Assembly (NCBI GenBank): GCA_963977445.1
Contig: CAXBPH010000247.1
Span: 1-10,404, forward strand
From: an uncultured bacterium
GTDB lineage: Bacteria; Hydrogenedentota; Hydrogenedentia; Hydrogenedentales; JAEUWI01
Length of the DNA stretch: 10,404 bases
Direction: 5' to 3'
Numbering within the stretch: position 1 is the first letter of the stretch; the number at the start of each line of letters is the position of its first letter. The notes below the pieces were generated by a model that saw only the letters and a program-made list of their open reading frames with translations, was not told the origin of the DNA and did not search any database. The translations under genes and the position numbers were made by a program. This document shows positions 1 to 8,008 of this stretch, in pieces.

Positions 1-53
1 CCGGACCGGGTAGACTCTCATAATACATGGATCAGTTTACAGGGGGCAGGCCA
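1..53 (-). mobile_element. Probable terminal inverted repeat (likely left end) of an IS3-family, IS407-like insertion sequence; partial, continues beyond the window start
   Basis: The minus strand from 53 reads TGGCCTGCCCCCTGTAAACTGATCCATGTATTATGAGAGTC. It starts with 5'-TG and has the TGnCCTGCCCCC...CCA pattern I recall for IS407-group ends, plus a TATTAT -10-like hexamer. The transposase and the second end are not in the window. Confidence 0.6.
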
Positions 54-1432
54 GTCTCGGACAGCGGAATAAATTTGTCCACAACCATTGGGTCAAAATG
101 CTTCCCCCGCTCGTCGTTAATCAATGCGACCACCCGATCATGAGACCACGGCTCCTTATAGGGACGACGTGTGCGCAAGGCGTCATAGACATCGACCAAC
201 GCGAGTATGCGGCCTGCTAACGGAATACCTTCACCCTGAAGGCCCTGCGGATAACCCGACCCGTCAAATTTTTCATGGTGGGTATAGGCAATATCGGCGG
301 CCATTTCCAAGGTAGGACGCTCACGAAGAATTTCATAACCAATTGTGGAGTGGGTTTTGATTACTTCAAACTCTTCGTCCGTCAGCTTTCTCGGTGCAAG
401 CAAAATATTGTCGGGTATGCCAACTTTACCAATGTCGTGCAGCGGTGAAAAAGTACGCATGTCATCCACGAAACTCGCAGGCATGCCCATCTCTTCCGCC
501 AGGAGTGCGCTGTACTCACTCACCCGTTTCAGGTGCAGCCCCGTCTCATTGTCCCGCTTTTCTGCCAGGTCGGCAATCGCACGATAACATTCAAGACGTA
601 TCTTGTTTTCCTGCTCGGTCCGCTCCGTCAGATCAACTGGCATCCCGATATGTGCTATCGGATCCCCCTCCTCACCTCGAATAGCACTGAGAAACAGCTC
701 TATGGATCGCAAATCGCCCGACTTCGTCTGGTGCAACACATTGCCCCGCCAGTATCCACGCTCCGGATCGTTGATACTTTGATGGAGCTCTCGAAACATC
801 CTGACGATGTCTTCTTCTTTGAAGCCGCGATCACGATACACCCCCTGTGGTGGATTCAATCGGGCGTAATTCATATCGACCAACTCGGCTTCCGAATAGC
901 CATAGGTCTTCCGAAACGCCGCATTCGCGTGGATTATGTCCCCATCGGGGTTGGTGATAAAAATGCCCTGGATAGATTGGTTAAATGCCTGCAGATAGAT
1001 TTCCCGTTCGTGGGCGAGGGCATGCATCTGCTCTCCATACTCACGCGCACGCTTCTCGTACTCCACCGTGCGCGCGCCCACCGCGAGACGACTCTCCAAT
1101 TCTTTTAGGTTAAACGGCTTGGACAAAAAATCATCGGCCCCGGCATTTAGTCCCGCGACGACATCTTCCTTGTCATTACGCCCCGTCAGAAGAATTACAT
1201 AGACAAACCCGCCGTCTTCTTGAGACTTAATCCGCTTGCACAACGACAATCCATCGAGACCCGGCATGACCCAATCAAGTATGGCAATACGAGGCGCATT
1301 TGGAGCACAGAGGATATCCCAGGCGGCATTGCCGTCTTCTGCGGAAACAACCTCATACTTCCACTGGGCGAGGGTGTCTTCCAACAAGAAACGGGATATC
1401 GGCTCATCATCTGCCACCAATACACGTCTCAT
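32..1432 (-). CDS. Response regulator with REC + PAS + HD-GYP domains (putative cyclic di-GMP phosphodiesterase)
   Basis: 466 aa. Canonical receiver (VLVADDE, ILDWVMP, LLTG, FLSKP) and a PAS domain (GIFITNPDGDIIHANAAF). HD-GYP motifs EKRDNETGLH, HDIGK, HHEKFDGSGYP, VDVYDAL, RPYK and HFDP. SD-like AGAGG about 8 nt upstream of the ATG. Confidence 0.93.
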   Translation of the reverse strand: MRRVLVADDEPISRFLLEDTLAQWKYEVVSAEDGNAAWDILCAPNAPRIAILDWVMPGLDGLSLCKRIKSQEDGGFVYVILLTGRNDKEDVVAGLNAGADDFLSKPFNLKELESRLAVGARTVEYEKRAREYGEQMHALAHEREIYLQAFNQSIQGIFITNPDGDIIHANAAFRKTYGYSEAELVDMNYARLNPPQGVYRDRGFKEEDIVRMFRELHQSINDPERGYWRGNVLHQTKSGDLRSIELFLSAIRGEEGDPIAHIGMPVDLTERTEQENKIRLECYRAIADLAEKRDNETGLHLKRVSEYSALLAEEMGMPASFVDDMRTFSPLHDIGKVGIPDNILLAPRKLTDEEFEVIKTHSTIGYEILRERPTLEMAADIAYTHHEKFDGSGYPQGLQGEGIPLAGRILALVDVYDALRTRRPYKEPWSHDRVVALINDERGKHFDPMVVDKFIPLSETGLPPVN

Positions 1433-1524
1433 TCACACACCTCTTTCTTGCACGTAACGGACTGAAGAAAACGTAAGTAGACGGGCGAAACGCAACGAGA
1501 GCGCGGCCCAATTCTCCGCAGCAG

Positions 1525-1600
1525 ATATATGTAATTTCCCATTAATAGTAACACAACAGTAAACAATTTTTCTCTGGTAGCATTATTTTTATACGTTCAA
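1525..1600 (-). promoter_or_regulatory. AT-rich putative promoter region for the HD-GYP gene
   Basis: Strongly AT-rich tract about 90-170 nt upstream of the 1432 start, inside a 398-bp intergenic gap. No unambiguous -35/-10 pair. Confidence 0.3.
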
Positions 1601-1830
1601 TGCTCCCAAAACGCGGTGTATCGGTGAACATAATCGTGTACGCATGCAAACAGGCAATCAGCAATATTTCGGAATTGGCCGGACTGGACACGCCTCTGAT
1701 AGCCCCATATAGCCCGTTGATATTGGGTGGTCCATTCACCCTGCAAACCGGGCTGTAAGTCGTCAACCACACCTAGTGTATTGGGAAGAACTATTGACGT
1801 TTGCCAGGTCGAAAAGCCTGCATTTCCTGG

Positions 1831-4800
1831 CTACTTTTCAAGCTCCTGCGCCAAGACATTGCACAACGCTTCAAGAACTTCCCGAACCGCCGCGATATGA
1901 ACCGAGAGTTCTTCCTTTGTCGCCTCCGCCCTCGCCGCAGCTTCCCCGGCCGCGGCAAGACGTGCAAGGCGGGCGCTGCCCAGATACATGGCCTGTCCCT
2001 TTATGGTGTGCAGATGGCGCTCCACAACGTCATCAGCGCCCTCCTCAAACGAGAGCAGCAGTCCCGACATTTGCTTGGGCAGATCACGTAAGGCCAGCTC
2101 GATAAGTCGGGACAATCGCCCTGCGTCGTCACCGGAAAATGTTAACGCCTTGAGACGCTCAAAGAGGAGCTCTTCTTCCTCGGGGCCGGCCGCAGTATCC
2201 TCATGCGTAAATTCTAATTTCTGTCCATCACTCGGATACAAAAGTTGCGAGAGACTTTCGACGGCATGTGAGCCGACTACGACTGCAATCGATTTATCAA
2301 CTTCATAGGCGCCTGCTTCCTCTGCCCATAGGACCGTCCGACAATTCTTGTAGCGATGCTCTGATTGGAGAAACGCGCTCAGCCCTTTAACATCCAGGCC
2401 CTTATGAGCTGCCGATACGATGATACAGCTGGGCACCCCGCTGCCGATCCGGATACACGCCTCCACGGCCGATTTCGCGAAAGTAATGACGGCGCCGGGC
2501 CAGCGGGACGTAAGCGCATCCGCAATGGCCTCACGAAACGTTGCCTGATCCGAGACGATTAAAAAAGTTTCCTTTTTTCTAAAGGCCGACGCACTCTGTC
2601 CCAGAAAGCGCTCGAGCACCGATCGAAGTGTGGACCCGTTGAGGGGTTTCGCGACATACTCATCCATGCCAGCGTCAAGACACCGTTCCCTATCTCCTGT
2701 CATAGCATTGGCGGTCATCGCCACGATTAGGAACACGGTCTCCACGCTCTCTCCGGCGTATCTCCCGGGTCGCGGTCAGGCCGTCCATACGGGGCATTTG
2801 AACGTCCATCAATATCAGGTCGTAACTCGTCGCTCGAACTTTCTCCAGTGCCACCTCGCCATCATCCGCAATGTCAGCGGTTAATCCGAACCCTTCCAGA
2901 AATCCAAGCGCAACTTTCTGATTTACAACATTGTCTTCAACAAGTAGTATCTTTCGATCGCCCAGTCTCGCAATGGGTCCCGATACATTCGAATCTGAGT
3001 GTTCGCCTGAATTTGATGACGGCAAGGGTTGAACCAAATCGGGTATGGCACCAACAATCGCATCCAACAGCCGAGAGGGGGTCATGAATACGGTCAGATG
3101 TTGGTTCACACCGACCGCCGCCAATTGCCGGGAGTCGCAATGTCTTACCGGTGAGTCAAGCGCAATGATCGGCAATTCCTCACAGCCCGCCACCCCACGC
3201 ATTCGCGACGCAGCACGTACGCCATCCACTTTCGGCGTGGCCACGTTGATAAGGACCAACTGGCAACCATGGCCCTCATGCTCTTCGAGCAGGACAATCG
3301 CCTCGTCCACGGTGGATGCCAGCTTCACCGAAAAGCCCCGACGTTCCAGATTACCCGCATACGCCTTTCTCGTTTCCCCAACTTCGTCAACCAGAAGGAT
3401 AGTCACCTGGTTAGAAGGTATAAACGGCTCGGGTTCAACGGCGTCTACAGCCGGGCCGAAATGTAGTGAAAAATAGATCTGCGTCCCCCGCCCCAAGACG
3501 CTTTCAATTCTAATTTTTCCCGACATCAGCCCAACCAGACGTTGGCAAATTGCGAGGCCGAGCCCCGTACCTCCATACTTGCGTGTCATAGACGCATCGG
3601 CTTGAGTAAACGTTTCAAAGACATTCTGCAGCTGATCTTCGGGGATACCCACCCCCGTATCATCTACACAAAAATCGTACGCGCCGATACCGGTATCGGC
3701 TGCCCTGCCACTGACTGTGATCAAAATGCGACCACGGCTCGTAAACTTGACCGCATTGCCCACCAGGTTGAGTAATATTTGTCGCACGCGACCCGCATCA
3801 CCTAGAACCAGACTCGGTGCGTTCCTGTCGAAATCGACGAAGAGGTCTACACCCTTGTCAGCACAAGAAACCGACATTAGCTCTCCAACGCCATGGACCA
3901 ATTCATTTAGGTCGAAGACCACCGGATCCAGCTCCAGTTTGCCTGCCTCAATTTTCGAAAAGTCAAGAATGTCGTTCACAATGGATACGAGCGCCGAGGC
4001 AGAATAATTCACCACCTCCAGCAACTCCCGCTGTTTATCCGTTAATTCCGTATGGAGCACGAGTTCCATCATACCCGCAATGCCGTTTAAGGGGGTTCGC
4101 AATTCATGACTCATATTCGATAGGAAGTCACTTTTGGCAGAAGAAGCCGCCTCGGCAAGTTCCTTGGCCTCCTGCAACGCTTTTGTTCGGTCCCCAACCC
4201 GCTCCTCCAGGCGATCATGTGATTTTCGCAACGCCTGGTCCTGACGCTCAATTTCTTCCAGCATTTGATTGAATCTTTCTGACAAGACACCAAGTTCATC
4301 CTGGGTATCAACCCGCGCACGTAGCGTATAGTCCCGCTGGGCCGTTATGCGCGTTGCCGTATCCGTCAACGCCAGAATGGGTCCGGAGACGATACCCTGA
4401 AGGCGTATGGAAGCAAGAAAGGACACGAGCGCTACGCCCAGGAATACAATCACCGCGATGACCCCGTTCCGTTTGGTCCGGGAGTTCAATTGCGTCGTAT
4501 CAGATACCAGACAGATTTTGCCTATCTCGTTTCCTTCAGAAAGAATTCGGTCAACCACGTAGACTTTGTCTTCGATGTAGTGATGACCAAGCGGTAGCGG
4601 TAATAAATCAAAGAGCCCCTCCGGCGCACCATCTCGCAAATACGTTGCAAACTGATTGCCCCCCTCATCGAGGAGGGTCGCGCCTACAACCTCAGACTGC
4701 GAGACAAGCGCGCGCAGCCCCTCTTCCCCGTCCTCTGGAAGATTAAATTCCATGGCCGCCGTAGAATTGTAGGCGACAAACGCGGCGTCAGACGCAAGCG

Positions 4801-4948
4801 CCACCGCCATTTCCTTCTGGTAGGAAAGGTGGCTATACAGGTAAATGATACTGAAGGCAAGTAATAGGGAAAGACCACTGGTCGCTGTGATGATGAGTAC
4901 CAGCTTCTCTCGTATACTGAGCGCCCGTCTTGTAGCAGTTTGCTTCAC
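1831..4948 (-). CDS. Membrane hybrid sensor histidine kinase (TM, YfiN/CHASE8-like periplasmic sensor, TM, HAMP, HisKA, HATPase, pseudo-REC, REC, pseudo-REC, Hpt); frameshifted as sequenced, 1038 aa if repaired
   Basis: Joins ORFs 2690..4948 and 1831..2745. H box [16 protein letters not shown] box [15 protein letters not shown] boxes DDTGVGI and [25 protein letters not shown]. The receiver ILLVEDN...LILMDVQMP continues in the other frame as IVAMTANA...YVAKP. Hpt motif [13 protein letters not shown]. Removing one T at 2727-2728 restores ...[13 protein letters not shown]. Confidence 0.9.
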
Positions 4949-4970
4949 ACCGAATCCCTGTCGCGTAAAA

Positions 4971-5582
4971 TTACTTGATTACCTTTGCCGCTACTTTCAA
5001 TAACTGCGCGCTTATCTTTAGTTCCTGCTTGCGAGCGGCTTTCAAATTAATTTCAAACTTCACCCGCGTATCTACGATCAGGAAGTTAATAACACCGGCC
5101 TTTTCAAGAAAGCCCTTCTGCTCTCCCACGGTCAACACGGACTTGCCTTCAAATACCCGAAGACCCGACGCGACATCCCCTTCGCTAGCCGCACAGATAA
5201 AGACCAGATGACTCGTCTTCAATTCGTCAACGTTATCCGAAATCCTGACCTCAATGGCACGATTGCCATCTTTTTGTTCGGCCGCCAAATGCGCAAGGGC
5301 CTCACCAAACGGATTCTTCCCAAGCACACCCAGAATAAACGGCGAATCCTCACGTTCGAATGAAGTATCAGGCCACTCGATGTATCGCACAAAATTTATT
5401 AAGTAGGCGGCCTTAATATCATACTCGGAAAAAGTATCCTTAGGGTCTTTCGGGTCTTTCGCCGACACGGAATGGCTCCCGAGAGCAAGAGCAATCAACA
5501 GCACCATGAGACGTGACCGAAAATGGGTGCGTATGCGGCAGTAAAGGCTTTTCGTAGCAAACCTTCCAGCGCGACAATCCAA
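4971..5582 (-). CDS. YfiR-family (DUF4154) periplasmic protein
   Basis: Signal-peptide-like segment [17 protein letters not shown]. Family motifs [33 protein letters not shown] and [10 protein letters not shown]...[11 protein letters not shown]. Start is uncertain: TTG 5582 (GGAAG upstream, just after the receptor stop) or ATG 5507; the ORF track used 5597. Confidence 0.88.
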   Translation of the reverse strand: MDCRAGRFATKSLYCRIRTHFRSRLMVLLIALALGSHSVSAKDPKDPKDTFSEYDIKAAYLINFVRYIEWPDTSFEREDSPFILGVLGKNPFGEALAHLAAEQKDGNRAIEVRISDNVDELKTSHLVFICAASEGDVASGLRVFEGKSVLTVGEQKGFLEKAGVINFLIVDTRVKFEINLKAARKQELKISAQLLKVAAKVIK

Positions 5583-5584
5583 TG

Positions 5585-7609
5585 CTAGAACTTCCATGTT
5601 ATTTTCCCGTAGACCCCACGCTGAACGTTGGTCGCGCGCGTATCTACGAACATGGAAGAAAATTCCAATTGCTCGCTGTTGAGAAGGTCCCGGCCAACCA
5701 GGGCCAATTCAAGGGATTCCCTGGGCCGCCAGCCTATGCGCGCGTCCAGCGTGAAATAGTCGTCAACAGAGAGTGCAGGCAGTTGATCGACGTAACGAAA
5801 GGTGAAATCCAAATCCGTATTCGGAGAAAGGTCGAAACTATTTCGAAAACTGACTTGCTGCTCGGGAGAACTCTTTTCGATCCCCCCCGATACGATATCC
5901 AGGGACTTGGCGTTGAGGTCCAAATCCATTTCGAGGTAGGAATAACTCAAGCGCGCCCGCCACCACGGCGTCGGGTGCCAATCCACCGCAACTTCAGCAC
6001 CATAGGTTTTGCCGTCCATGTTATTGCGTGTATTCACGGGCAATAAGAAGTGTATCGGCAGATAGCTGGTATCGATAAAGGGACGGCCGAATTCCAGCGT
6101 GCGGAGATTTTCGTGCTCATTCAGGAATACGGAAAGGTCTAAGGATATCCGCTCATTGGGGCGATAGCGATAGCCGGCCTCAAAGGCAAGCAACTCCTCT
6201 GATTTGAAGTCGTTTCCTGTCAGGGCAATCAGCGTCAAGGGCAATGCCTGTCGCGCAACCCGGCCACCGTCTTCTACAAACGAAGGCGTCCGAACTGACC
6301 GGGATAGGGCCGCCCAGACCGTTTGCGTGTCGCTGGGTGTCCAGGCAAGCCGTACACTGGGCTGGATCTCCACCCCGGTAAAACTGTTGTGCTCAAACTT
6401 CGACCCCATGGTTAACACCAGCACATCGCCTATAAGGGTAATGCGATCTTGCAGGAACGCATTGTACAGTTGGCTGTTTCGTGATTCGGGCGAGACGGAA
6501 ACCAGATTGGTCCCATTGGTTCGGTCATCCACATAGCGAAAACCCACCCCCCACATCAGCTCATGACGGCCCAGGGGAGCCTGACGGTACTGCACCTCGA
6601 GGTCAAAGGTGTCGCGGTCTTCATCTATTGTAAGGATATTCGAATCAGAACGATCATAGTAGGCTTGAATACTCAGTTCGGAATCATCGTCAAAGGTTCG
6701 TTTCCATCGACCGAGAATATTTCCACCGGAAAAAAAGCTGTCTTCCTCGACGGTTTCCGAAAAGGGAAATCGCAACACGGGTATTACATAGGTCTGAGAT
6801 GTGTCGACCCCGTAAACGTCCCCTTGCAAGGTTAAGTGACTGTCTTCAAAATCCCAATCAAAGCGGGCGCCACCGCTTACCGAGAGCCAGTCGTCGTTGG
6901 CGGGTCCACCTTCGGGAAATTCAGAACGATCCCGATCGGAATATTTGAGGTAGAGGCGGTAGGTGCCATTTTCTGACGTTTTACCACCATAGCGAATCCC
7001 TGTAAAGGCCCGTTCCTCTGTTCCTACGCCCGCATTAAACAGACCGCCCTGGGTCTCGGATGCATCTTTGGTTACGATATTGATAACCCCGTTTACCGCA
7101 TTGGCGCCCCAAAGCGCTCCCCCGGGGCCTCGAATGATTTCAATGCGTGACACGTCTTCCAGCATCACATCACGGGTCTCCCAATACGTGCCGGAAAAAA
7201 ATGGGGTGTAGACACTGCGACCATCCACCAGCACCAGGAGCGAATTAGCATAGCGTCCGCTGAAACCCCGTGAAGAGACCGACCACTTATTCGCATCGAG
7301 TCGGGCCACATGCAACCCGGGGACAACGCGGAGCAGGTCAGGAATATTCGTGGCTGCTGAGCGGCGTATGTCCTCTGCGGTAATCACGTAAACGGCCGCA
7401 GCCGCCGCCAGTTGGCTTTCTTTCCGCTTGGACACCGAAGAGATTTGGATATCGGCCAGGTCTTCCAGACTCATTCCTGCCAACTGCGATAAGGGCGCCC
7501 CGGAGTCTGGGGCCTCCTCCTCCGAAAAGCCACCGGAACTTACGCTGAGAAAAGCCAGTAACACCAGCGCTATACAGCCGTTTAGATGGATTGAAATCCC
7601 CTTGGACAT
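5585..7609 (-). CDS. TonB-dependent outer-membrane receptor (plug + beta-barrel)
   Basis: Signal peptide and plug motifs VYVITAEDIRRS, DLLRVVPG, LLVLVDGR and RIEIIRGPGGALWGANAVNGVINIVTK. Alternating beta-strand pattern and a terminal Phe (GKITWKF). ATG 7609 has an SD-like AAAGGTG 8 nt upstream; 7642 is an alternative start. Confidence 0.93.
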   Translation of the reverse strand: MSKGISIHLNGCIALVLLAFLSVSSGGFSEEEAPDSGAPLSQLAGMSLEDLADIQISSVSKRKESQLAAAAAVYVITAEDIRRSAATNIPDLLRVVPGLHVARLDANKWSVSSRGFSGRYANSLLVLVDGRSVYTPFFSGTYWETRDVMLEDVSRIEIIRGPGGALWGANAVNGVINIVTKDASETQGGLFNAGVGTEERAFTGIRYGGKTSENGTYRLYLKYSDRDRSEFPEGGPANDDWLSVSGGARFDWDFEDSHLTLQGDVYGVDTSQTYVIPVLRFPFSETVEEDSFFSGGNILGRWKRTFDDDSELSIQAYYDRSDSNILTIDEDRDTFDLEVQYRQAPLGRHELMWGVGFRYVDDRTNGTNLVSVSPESRNSQLYNAFLQDRITLIGDVLVLTMGSKFEHNSFTGVEIQPSVRLAWTPSDTQTVWAALSRSVRTPSFVEDGGRVARQALPLTLIALTGNDFKSEELLAFEAGYRYRPNERISLDLSVFLNEHENLRTLEFGRPFIDTSYLPIHFLLPVNTRNNMDGKTYGAEVAVDWHPTPWWRARLSYSYLEMDLDLNAKSLDIVSGGIEKSSPEQQVSFRNSFDLSPNTDLDFTFRYVDQLPALSVDDYFTLDARIGWRPRESLELALVGRDLLNSEQLEFSSMFVDTRATNVQRGVYGKITWKF

Positions 7610-7741
7610 AGTAAATGCACCTTTCACGGCGTCCCCCGACATATTTTGCTGCGCAGGACACTATCAGCATACAAAAACGCTGGTTTTCAGTATTAATCCG
7701 AGGAGACTAAGTTTATCCTTATACGAAGTACAAAACAATCT

Positions 7742-7768
7742 CCCTTTCACCGTTTCGGTGGAAATGGG
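7742..7768. repeat. Imperfect inverted repeat in the divergent intergenic region
   Basis: CCC-TTT-CACCG-ttt-CGGTG-g-AAA-t-GGG forms an 11-bp stem with two single-base bulges. Confidence 0.45.
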
Positions 7769-8008
7769 CTGCCAAACCCGGTTGCACCGTAATAAATCGG
7801 CGATTCGAGTCTGCATGGAATCCCCCAACGGACGCCTCAGGTAGAAGCCGCGATTCAGCTGTTTGTGATAGGATGGAGTTCTGTCCCAAGGCCAACACTA
7901 CTCGATAGAACTTCCGATCACCTGGCTCAACTGCCCTGCATGCTCAGGTCGTCCGTGTCGCAAGTTTTCAGCTAGCCCGTAGTACAACGTCGCCCGGAAA
8001 GGCATGAA

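Noticed and set aside
1542..1772. 76-aa ORF in the intergenic gap
   Set aside because: GTG start without a clear SD, no recognisable motif, and it runs through the AT-rich promoter-like tract.
1740..1830. c-di-GMP-I riboswitch upstream of the HD-GYP gene (GGCAAAC on the minus strand)
   Set aside because: No GNRA-capped P2 stem or GACGCAAAGC-like element follows it.
2720..2740. Programmed frameshift or phase variation in the kinase
   Set aside because: There is no slippery heptamer, long homopolymer or adjacent stop codon, only a 2-base run.
1831..2745. Independent 304-aa gene starting at GTG 2745
   Set aside because: It begins in the middle of a receiver domain and is the frameshifted continuation of the kinase.
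7758..7775. Sigma54 promoter (minus strand TGGCAGCCCATTTCC)
   Set aside because: The -12 position reads CC instead of the required GC.
7700..7790. Cobalamin riboswitch upstream of the TonB-dependent receptor (minus strand GGTGC...AAAGGGAG)
   Set aside because: Only the opening resembles the motif. The following GGTG...AATCC stem, the CCCGC-ACTGT element and the B12 box are absent.
124..7844. Plus-strand ORFs opposite the signalling cluster
   Set aside because: They are antisense to well-supported genes and show no recognisable domains.
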